Of a stretch of DNA of 42,437 nt, positions 26,884 to 36,228 are shown piece by piece. Source of the DNA: Desulfuromonadales bacterium (lineage in GTDB: Bacteria > Desulfobacterota > Desulfuromonadia > Desulfuromonadales > DASPGW01); contig DASPGW010000044.1 in the NCBI GenBank assembly GCA_035620395.1, positions 1 to 42,437 on the forward strand, read 5' to 3'. How positions within the stretch are numbered: the first letter of the stretch is position 1; each line of letters starts with the position of its first letter. The notes under the pieces were generated by a model that was given only the letters and a program-made list of their open reading frames with translations, was not told the origin of the DNA and searched no databases. Made by a program: the position numbers and the translations under genes.

Positions 26884-26917
26884 TTCACGAGAAAAGTGTA
26901 GCACGTTTTTTCGTGAA
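26884..26917 (-). promoter_or_regulatory. Inverted-repeat operator upstream of the RHH-PIN module
   Basis: TTCACGAGAAAA (26884-26895) and TTTTTTCGTGAA (26906-26917): 12-bp arms with one mismatch and a 10-nt spacer. Confidence 0.5.
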
Positions 26918-26937
26918 GAGACAGCTGTTCGACCACA

Positions 26938-27153
26938 TTACTTCCGTACCAGCAGCACCACCCCCACCACTGAGCAGACCGCACCGCCGATGTACTTCCA
27001 CATCACCCGGTCCGAGTGCGTCCCTGCGATAGCGCGAGATAGCTGGTTGGCCAGAGACTGGGACTCGCTGTGGCCCCACCAGAAGAGAAACCCGCCGGCC
27101 ACCAGCAGAGCGAGGCCGAGGGCAAGCTTGATCGTGTTGCTATCGTTGGCCAT
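26938..27153 (-). CDS. DUF3185-like small membrane protein
   Basis: 71 aa, two TM helices (IKLALGLALLVAGGFLFWWG ... YIGGAVCSVVGVVLLV). ATG 27153. Confidence 0.55.
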   Translation of the reverse strand: MANDSNTIKLALGLALLVAGGFLFWWGHSESQSLANQLSRAIAGTHSDRVMWKYIGGAVCSVVGVVLLVRK

Positions 27154-27178
27154 TGAAAAACTCCCCACAAGGGTTGAT

Positions 27179-27994
27179 TTACTTCTTCGCGCCCAGCTCC
27201 CGCGAGCGCCGCGCCGCGCTGCCGACCGCTTCCATCAGGGCGGCACGCAGCCCCTTCTCCTCCAGGCTCTTCAGCCCGGCGATGGTGGTGCCGCCGGGAG
27301 AGCAGACCTTGTCGCGCAGCACCGCCGGGTGCTCGCCGCTCTCCTGCACCAGGCGCGCCGCCCCGAGTACCGTCTGCACCGCCAGGGAGAGGGCGGCATC
27401 GCGCGGCAGCCCCTCCTGCACGCCGCCGTCGGCCAGCGCCTCGATGATGGTGAAGACGTAGGCCGGGCCGGAGCCGGAGAGCCCGGTGACGGCGTCCATC
27501 TGCGCCTCGCCGACTACCTGTACGCTTCCCACCGCCTCGAAAAGATGGCGGGCCGTCAGCAGGTCGTCGACGGTGGCGAAGCGGCCGGGACACAGTGCCG
27601 TCGCCCCGGCGCCGACCAGGGCCGGCGTGTTGGGCATCGCCCGCACCACCCGCGGCGAGCCGTCGAAAAAGTCCTCAATCGTCGCCGTCGAAACCCCGGC
27701 GAGAATGGAGATCAGCAGTCTGTCGCCGGCAAAGGCGGCGCCGATCCCCGAGAGGACCTCGGCGGCGACCTGCGGCTTGACCGCCAGCACCACCAGGCTG
27801 CAGCTTCTGGCAACCTCGAGATTGTCAGCCGCCAGGGTTATGCCGAACTGCTCCTGCAGCAGGCGCCGGCGCTCCGCGCCCGGTTCCGAGACGACGACAC
27901 CGGCGGCCGGGAAGGCGCCGCGCAACAGCCCCCGGATGATGGCCTCCGCCATGTTGCCACCGCCGATGAAGCCAATCTTGCCGACTGATTTCAT
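27179..27994 (-). CDS. proC: Pyrroline-5-carboxylate reductase
   Basis: IGFIGGGNMAEAI NADP fold, and the SPGGTT..GL..LE C-terminal motif. Confidence 0.9.
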   Translation of the reverse strand: MKSVGKIGFIGGGNMAEAIIRGLLRGAFPAAGVVVSEPGAERRRLLQEQFGITLAADNLEVARSCSLVVLAVKPQVAAEVLSGIGAAFAGDRLLISILAGVSTATIEDFFDGSPRVVRAMPNTPALVGAGATALCPGRFATVDDLLTARHLFEAVGSVQVVGEAQMDAVTGLSGSGPAYVFTIIEALADGGVQEGLPRDAALSLAVQTVLGAARLVQESGEHPAVLRDKVCSPGGTTIAGLKSLEEKGLRAALMEAVGSAARRSRELGAKK

Positions 27995-28103
27995 ACCGCA
28001 GCCGTCCTTTCCTTATTGAGTGAAGTCAGGCCCCTAGTAAATAGAAAAGCGCCCCCCCTGTCAAGGACTCGCCGCCGGTCTCGAAAAAAAGTGAAAAAAG
28101 ATG

Positions 28104-28132
28104 TTGACAGCCGCCCCGAATGAGCGTATAAA
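28104..28132 (+). promoter_or_regulatory. Sigma70 promoter of the polyamine operon
   Basis: TTGACA (28104-28109), 17 nt, TATAAA (28127-28132). Confidence 0.6.
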
Positions 28133-28155
28133 ACCGCCCCTGTGAGCACGAGTTG

Positions 28156-28217
28156 CTAAACATTAAGTTTAGAAATGGTAAACAGGGCACCTGACAAAAT
28201 GTTTACCGGTGCTAAAC
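28156..28217 (+). promoter_or_regulatory. Cluster of five TAAAC/GTTTA half-sites (candidate operators)
   Basis: CTAAAC-attaa-GTTTAG (28156-28172). GGTAAACA-n15-TGTTTACC (28177-28207). GCTAAACC (28211-28218). All lie between the promoter and the regulator start. Confidence 0.5.
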
Positions 28218-28230
28218 CGGGGGAGCACCC

Positions 28231-28773
28231 GTGAAAATCGGCGAAAAGCTGCGCAAACTGCGGATGTCCAACTCTCTCACCCAGGAGGAGTTGGCGAGCC
28301 GCGCCGACCTGACCAAAGGGTACATATCGCAGCTCGAAAACGATGCCACCTCCCCTTCGATCAGCACTCTCAAGGATCTGCTCGACGTCCTCGGCGTCTC
28401 GATGTCCGAGTTCTTTGCCGAGAAACTGCCGCTGCAGGTGGTCTTCGGCGCCGACTCCCGGGTGGTCGCCAGCGACGAGCATGGACTGCGCGTCGAACTG
28501 CTCGTCCCCGGGGCGCAGAACCGCACCATGGATCCGGCCCTGGTCACCCTGCAGCCGGGAGAGGCGATGGCCGAGCAGCCCTTCCACGAGGGGGAGGAGT
28601 TCGGCTTCGTCCTGGCCGGCCGGGTGGAGCTGTCGCTCGACGACCGGGTCTACACGGTGCGCAAGGACGAATGCTTCTACTTCCCCTCGGACCACCGGCA
28701 CCGGGTCAGCAATCCGGGCAAGAGCGTGGCGAAGATCCTATGGGTCGTCTCGCCGCCGACGTTTTTTTGTTAG
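28231..28773 (+). CDS. XRE-family HTH + cupin transcriptional regulator (PuuR-like architecture)
   Basis: IGEKLRKLRMSNSLTQEELASRADLTKGYISQLEN HTH and a C-terminal cupin (GEEFGFVLAG...FP..H.H). GTG start after GGGGGA. Confidence 0.85.
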   Translation: MKIGEKLRKLRMSNSLTQEELASRADLTKGYISQLENDATSPSISTLKDLLDVLGVSMSEFFAEKLPLQVVFGADSRVVASDEHGLRVELLVPGAQNRTMDPALVTLQPGEAMAEQPFHEGEEFGFVLAGRVELSLDDRVYTVRKDECFYFPSDHRHRVSNPGKSVAKILWVVSPPTFFC

Positions 28774-28818
28774 CTACCCGGCCCAAGGACCGGATTTCAC
28801 CGTCGAAAGGAACCAGCC

Positions 28819-29217
28819 ATGAAATCTCTGGGTCAGCAGATCGTCGCCGAATTCTACGAGTGTGACGCCGAAGTCCTGAACGACCCCAAGCGGGTCGAGG
28901 AGATCATGTGCGAAGCGGCCCTGGCCGCCGGCGCCACCATCGTTACCAAAACCTTCCACACCTTCAGCCCGCACGGCGTCTCCGGGGCGGTCATCATCGC
29001 CGAGAGCCACCTGGCCATCCACACCTGGCCCGAGTACGGCTACGCCGCCGTCGACCTCTTCACCTGCGGCGACACGGTGGTACCGGAAGAAGCCTACCGC
29101 CACCTCAAGGCCGGCCTGCGCTCCCGCCGCGCCTCGACCATGGAGATGAAGCGCGGCCAGCTCGAGGTGGTCGGAGAGCTGACCCACAAACCGGTCGAAC
29201 TGAAACAGGCAGTGTAG
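28819..29217 (+). CDS. speH: S-adenosylmethionine decarboxylase proenzyme (small, SpeH type)
   Basis: [32 protein letters not shown] contains the ES self-cleavage site. Confidence 0.9.
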   Translation: MKSLGQQIVAEFYECDAEVLNDPKRVEEIMCEAALAAGATIVTKTFHTFSPHGVSGAVIIAESHLAIHTWPEYGYAAVDLFTCGDTVVPEEAYRHLKAGLRSRRASTMEMKRGQLEVVGELTHKPVELKQAV

Positions 29218-29226
29218 AGGACTAAA

Positions 29227-30072
29227 ATGGAACTCTGGTACACCGAAAAACACTCGGAAAACGTCGGCATCACCCTGAAGGCGACGAAAACCCTCTTCTC
29301 CGGCAAGAGCGAGTTCCAGCAGCTCGACATCATCGAGACCGTCGAATACGGGCGGATGATGCTCCTCGACGGGCTGGTGATGTGCACCGAGCGCGACGAG
29401 TTCGTCTACCACGACATGATTACCCACCCGGCCCTCTTCACCCACCCGAACCCGAAGCAGGTGCTGGTGATCGGCGGCGGCGACGGGGGCACCATCCGCG
29501 AAATCATGAAGCACAAGAACGTCGAACTGGCGACCCTGTGCGAGATCGACGGCCTGGTCATCGACAAGTCGGTCGAACTGCTCCCCTCCATGGCCTGCGA
29601 GATCGACGGGAAAAACCCCCGGGTCAAGCTGCACGTCGATGACGGCCTGGCCTACATCCGCGACCACCAGAACGAGTTCGACGTGATCATGGTCGACTCC
29701 ACCGACCCGATCGGGCCGGCGGTGGGACTGTTCGAGGAGGACTTCTACCGCCTCGTTTTCGGCGCCCTGAAGGCGGACGGCATCATGGTGGCGCAGAGCG
29801 AGTCCCCCTTCTACCATGCCGAGATCCAGAAGAACATGTACCGGAACCTGCGCTCCGTCTTCCCGATCGTGGAGATGTACCAGGCCTTCATCCCGACCTA
29901 CCCTTCCGGCTTCTGGAGCTTCGCCTTCGCCAGCAAGAAGCACCATCCGGTCAAGGATTTCGACCGCGAGCGGGCGAAAAATCGCGGCTTCTACACCAAG
30001 TACTACAACGAGGAGCTGCACCTCGGCGCCTTCATGCTGCCCACCTTCGCCCGGGAGAACATCGCTCCGTAG
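29227..30072 (+). CDS. speE: Spermidine synthase
   Basis: LWYTE..., LDG..M.TE.DEF.YHEM, VLVIGGGDGG..RE, D.TDP.GPA motifs. Confidence 0.9.
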   Translation: MELWYTEKHSENVGITLKATKTLFSGKSEFQQLDIIETVEYGRMMLLDGLVMCTERDEFVYHDMITHPALFTHPNPKQVLVIGGGDGGTIREIMKHKNVELATLCEIDGLVIDKSVELLPSMACEIDGKNPRVKLHVDDGLAYIRDHQNEFDVIMVDSTDPIGPAVGLFEEDFYRLVFGALKADGIMVAQSESPFYHAEIQKNMYRNLRSVFPIVEMYQAFIPTYPSGFWSFAFASKKHHPVKDFDRERAKNRGFYTKYYNEELHLGAFMLPTFARENIAP

Positions 30073-30140
30073 GGGCAGCAAGGCATGCCTCGCCCTGGGC
30101 GGCGCCTGCGTCGCCCTAACGCCGACATTCTGTTACCCTT

Positions 30141-30169
30141 GTAGGGGCGGGCTTGAAACCCGCCCCTAT
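30141..30169. repeat. GTAGGGGCGGG...CCCGCCCCTA palindromic (REP-like) element
   Basis: 10-bp stem TAGGGGCGGG / CCCGCCCCTA with loop CTTGAAA. A degenerate relative (GTAGGGGCAGCAAGGCATGCCTCGCCCT, 30069-30096) contains the speE stop codon. Confidence 0.65.
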
Positions 30170-30192
30170 CGCCATTCTGGAGAGGCGCCGCG

Positions 30193-32106
30193 ATGAAGAC
30201 CCAACCCGAACAGGCCTGGACCCCGGAAGACTCCGCCGCCCTTTACGGCATCCGCGACTGGGGGGCCGGCTATTTCGACCTGGCAGACAATGGCGACGTC
30301 ACGGTCAAGGTACGGTTTCCCGAGGGCGAGGTCGCCGTTTCGCTGATGGACATCGTCGCCGGCATCGAGCAGCGCGGCCATGCGATGCCGGTGCTGCTGC
30401 GCATCGAAAACCTGCTCGATGCCCGGATCACCCTGCTCAACGAATCGTTCCGCGCCGCCATCGCCCGCGCCGGCTACGGCGGGGAATACCGGGGGGTGTT
30501 TCCGGTCAAGGTGAACCAGCAGTGCCAGGTCATCGAGGAGATCACCCGTTTCGGCGCCCGCTACTGCCACGGCCTGGAGGCCGGCAGCAAGGCCGAACTG
30601 GTTCTCGCCCTCGCTTCCCTGCAGGACGGCGGGCTGCTGATCTGCAACGGCTACAAGGACCGGGAGTTCATCGACCTGGGGCTCTGGGCGCAGAAGCTGG
30701 GAATCCGCTGCTTCTTCGTCATCGAATCGCCGACGGAGCTCCCCATCCTGCTCGAGCGCAGCCGGGCCCTCGGCGTGCGGCCGCTGATCGGGGCGCGGGT
30801 GAAGGTCTCGGCCAAGGTCGGCGGCCTCTGGACCGAGACCAGCGGCGACCGCAGCAGCTTCGGGCTGAGCACGACCCAGCTGATCGCCGTGGTCGACACC
30901 CTCAAGGCGCAGGGGATGCTCGACTGCCTGCAGTTGCTGCACTGCCATCTCGGCTCCCAGATCCCCGACATCCAGGACATCCGCGCCGGCGTGCTGGAGG
31001 CCTGCCGCTACTATATCGACCTGATCCGGGAAGGGGCGCCGCTGGGCTACCTCGACCTGGGCGGGGGCCTCGCCGTCGACTACATGGGGGGGCGCGCCAA
31101 CCACGTCCATTCCCGCAACTACACCCTTGACGAGTACTGCGGCGACATCGTCGAGATGGTCATGGCCACCCTCGATCCGCAGGGGGTGTCCCATCCCCAC
31201 ATCGTCACGGAATCGGGTCGGGCCACCGTCGCCTACGCCTCGATGCTCCTCTTCAACATCCTCGACGTCATGCACTTCGAGCCCGCCGCCCTGCCGGAGA
31301 CGCTTCCCGCCGACGCCCACGAACTGCTCCGCAGCCTGTTCGGCGTCCACGCCTCCCTCGGCGCCGCCGACCTGCTGGAGAGCTACCATGACGCCCTTTA
31401 CGCCCGCGACGAGATCCGCGAGCTGTACAAACGCGGCCAGGTCAACCTGCGGGAGCGGTCGCTGGCCGAAAACCTCTTCCTGGCCATCGCCCAGGGAATC
31501 GCCGCCCGGCTCGGCAGCCTCGAGCGGGTGCCGCCCGAGCTCGCCGGCCTGCAGGAGAGCCTGGCCGACATCTACTACGGCAACTTCAGCGTCTTCCAGT
31601 CGCTGCCCGACACCTGGGCCATCGGCCAGGTCTTTCCGGTGCTGCCGATCCACCGGCACCGGGAAAGGCCCGCTCGCGAAGGGATCATCTCCGACCTCAC
31701 CTGCGACTGCGACGGCAAGCTCGACGCCTTCTTCGACGCCCGCGGCGAGCGCAGCACCCTGCCGCTGCATCCGCTCAGGGACGGCGAAGAATACCTGCTC
31801 GGCGTCTTCCTGATGGGGGCCTACCAGGAGACCCTGGGGGATCTGCACAACCTCTTCGGCGACACCCACGTGGTCAGCGTGCGGATCAACGCCGACGGCA
31901 GCTTCGACGTGCTGAAGGAGATCTGCGGCGACAGCATCGCCGATGTGCTCAGCTACGTCGAATACCATCCCCAGACCCTCTTCGAGGGTTTTCGCAACAC
32001 CGCCGAAGAGGCGGTGCGCAAGGGAAAGATCACGGTGGCCGAGCGCCAGCGGATCGTCGAGGATTTTTCCGCCAGCCTGCGCGGGTATACCTACTACGAG
32101 AGGTAG
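30193..32106 (+). CDS. speA: Biosynthetic arginine decarboxylase
   Basis: 637 aa. WGAGYF N-terminus, FPVKVNQQ PLP-lysine region, HLGSQI and DLGGGL motifs. Confidence 0.95.
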   Translation: MKTQPEQAWTPEDSAALYGIRDWGAGYFDLADNGDVTVKVRFPEGEVAVSLMDIVAGIEQRGHAMPVLLRIENLLDARITLLNESFRAAIARAGYGGEYRGVFPVKVNQQCQVIEEITRFGARYCHGLEAGSKAELVLALASLQDGGLLICNGYKDREFIDLGLWAQKLGIRCFFVIESPTELPILLERSRALGVRPLIGARVKVSAKVGGLWTETSGDRSSFGLSTTQLIAVVDTLKAQGMLDCLQLLHCHLGSQIPDIQDIRAGVLEACRYYIDLIREGAPLGYLDLGGGLAVDYMGGRANHVHSRNYTLDEYCGDIVEMVMATLDPQGVSHPHIVTESGRATVAYASMLLFNILDVMHFEPAALPETLPADAHELLRSLFGVHASLGAADLLESYHDALYARDEIRELYKRGQVNLRERSLAENLFLAIAQGIAARLGSLERVPPELAGLQESLADIYYGNFSVFQSLPDTWAIGQVFPVLPIHRHRERPAREGIISDLTCDCDGKLDAFFDARGERSTLPLHPLRDGEEYLLGVFLMGAYQETLGDLHNLFGDTHVVSVRINADGSFDVLKEICGDSIADVLSYVEYHPQTLFEGFRNTAEEAVRKGKITVAERQRIVEDFSASLRGYTYYER

Positions 32107-32141
32107 ACCGCCTGGCGAAACAGACAGCAGAGAGGACTGAC

Positions 32142-32456
32142 ATGACCCGTGAGGAACTGGCCGGATACGACGGCCGCGAAGGGCGACCTGCCTACGTGGC
32201 GGTGCACGGCAAGATCTACGACTTCACCGGCAGCAAGCTGTGGGCCGCGGGCAGCCATCTGCAGCAGCACCAGGCGGGACAGGATCTGACCGAGGCGCTG
32301 CTGAAGGCCCCCCATGTCCGCGCCGTAATCGAACGCTTCCCGGTCATCGGCCAGCTCGAGGAACCGGCGCCGCAGCCCGCTCCCGCCCTGGGCAGGTGGC
32401 TGCTCGGCGCGGCGGCGCTGGCCGTCGCCGTCTTCGTCTTCATGCTGCTGCGCTGA
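32142..32456 (+). CDS. Cytochrome b5-like haem/steroid-binding domain protein with C-terminal TM anchor
   Basis: L..YDG.....AYVAV.GKIYD.T.S..W..G.H...H.AG.DLT pattern. C-terminal helix WLLGAAALAVAVFVFMLL. Confidence 0.7.
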   Translation: MTREELAGYDGREGRPAYVAVHGKIYDFTGSKLWAAGSHLQQHQAGQDLTEALLKAPHVRAVIERFPVIGQLEEPAPQPAPALGRWLLGAAALAVAVFVFMLLR

Positions 32457-32484
32457 GCCGAATCCCGCCGCATTCCGGAAATGG

Positions 32485-32514
32485 GGGGGCCTCCCACACG
32501 GGAGGCCCCCTTTT
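32485..32514 (+). terminator. Rho-independent terminator after the polyamine/cyt-b5 genes
   Basis: GGGGGCCTCCC-acac-GGGAGGCCCCC followed by TTTTCT. A second hairpin GCCCGCC-ggct-GGCGGGC lies at 32521-32539. Confidence 0.8.
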
Positions 32515-32680
32515 CTGTTGGCCCGCCGGCTGGCGGGCGGGGCTGCTCAGCAAACCGAGGTGCCGGAAGGGCTGTTGTAGACGCGGCAAAAAAAGCTATG
32601 CTGGAGAGACCATGAATTCAGGATCCTCCATCCGCAGCACACCGTCCCTGCCCTGACCGGCAGGCCTCGCGAAGGACGGA

Positions 32681-34942
32681 TTGCCGATGTGGCTCAGGTG
32701 GTTTCCGTGGAAACAGCTGGTGAGCCGGCTGGCCCGCTCCCACGGCCTGCTCGACCCGGTGAAGCTCCTCTCCCGGCTGGAGAGCTTCGGCCAGCCCCTC
32801 GCGGTGAAGGAGCCGCTGGAGCTGCTGCGCGCCGGCCTGATCTTCCATGCCCGCGGCCTGCTCAACACCGGCGCCATCCAGCACAACCTCGACTGGATCT
32901 GGCCCTTCTGGGTCGAGCGCCAGTACAACCCGCACGACGACGCCTTCATCCCCCGCGCCTTCTCCATCACCCACGTCAACCTCACCCACCGCAACTGGAC
33001 GGCCGTCGGCCTGCCCGACCTCGACGCCTTTCCCATCGTCGATCCCCGCGGCCTGCTCACCCCCTTCTGGGACGGCTGGTCCCTCGACGGCTGGCTGGTG
33101 ACCGAGGGGGGACGCTGGCTCGTCCCCTCGCAGCTCGACTCCGTTGCGCAGCACCTCGACCTCGAGGACGGCCCGGCCGTCGTCACCCGCGGCGTTCGCG
33201 ACGGGCTGCAGCTCATCACCCGCAGCGAGGTGATTGATATAAAGGGCGCAGCCGTCTGCCGGCTGACCCTCACCGCCCGCAGCGACCGCGACGCCTGGCT
33301 GGTGGCGGCCCTGCGCCCGTACAACCCGGAAGGGGTCAGCTTCGTGCACGACATCCGTCCGGAGCCGGACGGTTCGGGCTGGCGGCTCGACCGGCACCGA
33401 CTGGTGCGCTTCGCGAGCCGGCCCGACCGCTGCCTCTTCTCCGACTACCGGCAGGGGGACGTTCACACCCGCCTCTTCGCCGGCGGCGAGCAGACGGCAG
33501 CCCGCTGCGCGGTCGGCATGGCCACCGCCGCGGCCCTCTTTGCGGTACCCGCCGGCGGACCGAGGCAGGTCCGCCTCGAAATCCCCCTGGAGAGCCGGAA
33601 CCGGCCGGCAAAGCCCCTGCCGCCCCGGCCAGGCTGGGCCGAAGCGATGGCCGGGGCGGCGGCCGTCCGCCTGCCGGACGCTCGCTTCCAGTCCCTCTAC
33701 GACGCCGCGCTGCGCACCCTGGTCCTGCACTCCCCCGGCGAGGTCTACCCCGGCCCCTACACCTACAAGCGGTTCTGGTTCCGCGACGCCGCCTTCATCC
33801 TCCATGCCCTGCTCTGCACCGGCCTGACCGACCGGGTGGAGCGGGTTCTCGACACCTTCCCCTCCCGGCAGAAGGCGAGCGGTTTCTTCCTCTCGCAGGA
33901 GGGGGAGTGGGACTCCAACGGCGAGGCCCTGTGGATCATGCACCGCTTCTGCCAACTCGCCGGCCGCCCGCCGAAATCCGCCTGGCGACCGGCCATCCGC
34001 CGCGGCTGCCGCTGGATCCGCCGGCAGCGCCTGGCGGCAGCGGTCGACCTGCCGCACGCCGGCCTCTTCCCCGCCGGCTTCAGCGCCGAGCACCTGGGGC
34101 CGAACGACTTCTACTACTGGGACGACTTCTGGGGAGTGGCCGGACTGCGTGCCGGCGCCGCCCTGCTCGACGCGCTGGGCGACCGGGAGGAGGCAAAAGA
34201 GTTCCGGCTGGAAGCGGGCCGCTTCCTCACCGCCATCGAGCGGAGCCTTGCCGGGGCGGCCGAACGGCTGGGACGGCCGGCCATGCCCGCCTCCCCCTAC
34301 CGGCGCCTCGATTCGGGGGCCGTCGGCTCCCTGGCCGCCGGCTACCCGCTGGCGCTCTTCCCGGCCGACGACCCCCGCCTGCTCGACTCGGCCAAATTCC
34401 TTCTCGAGCGCTGCCTGGTCGGCGGCGGCTTCTACCAGGACATCATCCACTCGGGGATCAATCCGTACCTGACCCTGCACCTGGCCCAGGTGCTGCTGCG
34501 GGCCGGCGACCGGCGCTGCTTCGACCTGCTTCGCTCCGTGGCCGCGCTCGCCTCGCCGACCGGGCAGTGGCCGGAGGCGATCCATCCCCGCACCCGCGGC
34601 GGCTGCATGGGCGACGGCCACCACGTCTGGGCGGCGGCCGAATGGGTCCTGATGCTGCGCAACTGCTTCCTGCAGGAGGCGGGGGATCGCCTCGTCCTGG
34701 CCGCGGGCATCTGCCCCGAGTGGCTGGAGCAGGAGGGGGAGATTTCCTTCGGCCCGGCGCCGACCCCGTTCGGCACGGCGACGGTCGCCATCCTGCCCCG
34801 GGGCGAGGAGGCGGAGGTCCGCTGGAGCGGCACCTGGCGAACCACCCCGCCCCCCATCGAAGTGGCCCTCCCCGGCTGCGCGCCGCTCCGGGCAGAAGGC
34901 AACAAGGGTTCGGTTCTCGTCGACCGCCGGAGATGCGCATGA
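32681..34942 (+). CDS. Large (alpha/alpha)6-barrel glycoside-hydrolase-like protein (GH15 / debranching-enzyme-like)
   Basis: The C-terminal half has YKRFWFRDAAF...., WDSNGEALW, YYWDDFWG, GxWPEA.H motifs that I associate with GH15/GDE-type barrels. The N-terminal half looks like a beta-sandwich. TTG 32681 or ATG 32687. Confidence 0.5.
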   Translation: MPMWLRWFPWKQLVSRLARSHGLLDPVKLLSRLESFGQPLAVKEPLELLRAGLIFHARGLLNTGAIQHNLDWIWPFWVERQYNPHDDAFIPRAFSITHVNLTHRNWTAVGLPDLDAFPIVDPRGLLTPFWDGWSLDGWLVTEGGRWLVPSQLDSVAQHLDLEDGPAVVTRGVRDGLQLITRSEVIDIKGAAVCRLTLTARSDRDAWLVAALRPYNPEGVSFVHDIRPEPDGSGWRLDRHRLVRFASRPDRCLFSDYRQGDVHTRLFAGGEQTAARCAVGMATAAALFAVPAGGPRQVRLEIPLESRNRPAKPLPPRPGWAEAMAGAAAVRLPDARFQSLYDAALRTLVLHSPGEVYPGPYTYKRFWFRDAAFILHALLCTGLTDRVERVLDTFPSRQKASGFFLSQEGEWDSNGEALWIMHRFCQLAGRPPKSAWRPAIRRGCRWIRRQRLAAAVDLPHAGLFPAGFSAEHLGPNDFYYWDDFWGVAGLRAGAALLDALGDREEAKEFRLEAGRFLTAIERSLAGAAERLGRPAMPASPYRRLDSGAVGSLAAGYPLALFPADDPRLLDSAKFLLERCLVGGGFYQDIIHSGINPYLTLHLAQVLLRAGDRRCFDLLRSVAALASPTGQWPEAIHPRTRGGCMGDGHHVWAAAEWVLMLRNCFLQEAGDRLVLAAGICPEWLEQEGEISFGPAPTPFGTATVAILPRGEEAEVRWSGTWRTTPPPIEVALPGCAPLRAEGNKGSVLVDRRRCA

Positions 34943-36228
34943 ACATCCTGATGGTCACCAACACCTTCACCCCGCACGTGGGGGGGGTCGCCCGCAGCGT
35001 CCAGGGGTTCAGCAACGAGTTCCGCCGGCGCGGGCACCGCGTCCTGGTGGTGGCCCCCTTCTTCGAGGGGACGCCGGAGCAGGAGACGGACGTCGTCCGC
35101 TTTCCCGCCCTGCAGCACTTCAGCGGCAGCGACTTCTCGGTGCCGGTGCCGGTCCCCGGCCGGGTGGCGGCGGCCCTGCGCGCTTTTTCTCCGCATATCG
35201 TCCACAGCCACCACCCTTTCCTGCTGGGGGATACGGCCCTGCGGGTCGCCGCCCGACACGGCATACCGGTCGTCTTCACCCACCACACCCTGTACGAGAA
35301 CTACACCCACTACGTACCGGTGGATTCTCCCCGCCTGCGGCGCTTCGTGCTCGACCTGACGACCGGTTACTGCAACCTGTGCCACGCCGTCATCGCCCCC
35401 AGCGAAACGGTGGCCGAACTGCTGGCGGAACGGGGGGTGAAGGTGCCGATCGAGGTCATCCCCACCGGCGTCGACATCCCGCTATACGCGAGCGGCGAAG
35501 GAGCCTCCTTCCGGGCGAGGATGGGGATCCCCGGAGATGCTCTCCTCCTCGGTCACGTGGGACGCCTGGCCCATGAAAAAAATCTCCGGTTCCTGGCCGC
35601 GGCCGTTGCCCTCTTTCTGCGGCGTCACGCGGAAGCCCGTTTCCTGGTGGCAGGGGAAGGACCGGCACTGGCGGAGATCCGCCAGGCCTTCGACCGCGAG
35701 GGGCTCTCCGGCCGCCTGCACTGCGCGGGGGTCCTCGGCCGGCGCGAACTGGCCGACGCCTATCATGCCATGGACATCTTCGCCTTCGCTTCGCTGACCG
35801 AAACCCAGGGGATGGTTCTGACCGAGGCGATGGCGGCAGGGGTGCCGGTGGTGGCGGTGGACGCCTCCGGCGTGCGGGAGGTGGTGCAGGAGGGCGTCAA
35901 CGGCCGTCTCATTCCCCGCGCCGAAGCGGAGGAGTTCGCCGCCGCCCTGGCCTGGATCGCCGACCTCTCCCCGGAGGGCCGCCGGCGGCTGCGGGAGGGC
36001 GCCCGGCAGACGGCCGGGGACTTTTCCATGGCCCATACCGCCGGGCGCGCCCTGGCACTCTACCAGACCCTGATCGGCGCCGGGCCGGCCCCGAAACAGC
36101 GCGACCCAAGTCCCTGGCGCCTGGCGCGCAGGAGCATCGCCGAAGAGTGGAAGATTCTCCGCAACATCTCGCACGCCGTCGGCGACGCCGTCCTGTCGCC
36201 CTTCGATGGAGAAGAGACCAGCCCCTAA
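34939..36228 (+). CDS. Glycosyltransferase family 4 (GT-B)
   Basis: MNILMVTNTFTPHVGGVA N-terminus. GRLA.EKN and ETQGMVLTEAMAAGVPVV (EX7E) motifs. ATGA overlap with the upstream gene. Confidence 0.85.
   Translation: MNILMVTNTFTPHVGGVARSVQGFSNEFRRRGHRVLVVAPFFEGTPEQETDVVRFPALQHFSGSDFSVPVPVPGRVAAALRAFSPHIVHSHHPFLLGDTALRVAARHGIPVVFTHHTLYENYTHYVPVDSPRLRRFVLDLTTGYCNLCHAVIAPSETVAELLAERGVKVPIEVIPTGVDIPLYASGEGASFRARMGIPGDALLLGHVGRLAHEKNLRFLAAAVALFLRRHAEARFLVAGEGPALAEIRQAFDREGLSGRLHCAGVLGRRELADAYHAMDIFAFASLTETQGMVLTEAMAAGVPVVAVDASGVREVVQEGVNGRLIPRAEAEEFAAALAWIADLSPEGRRRLREGARQTAGDFSMAHTAGRALALYQTLIGAGPAPKQRDPSPWRLARRSIAEEWKILRNISHAVGDAVLSPFDGEETSP

Noticed and set aside
33907-34938. N-terminal 340 aa of track ORF 33907-36228(+), and similarly the N-terminal extension of 7791-9029(-).
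   Set aside because: Pro/Arg/Gly-rich out-of-frame overlap with the upstream gene. The recognisable domains start at ATG 34939 (GT4) and ATG 8654 (NudC).
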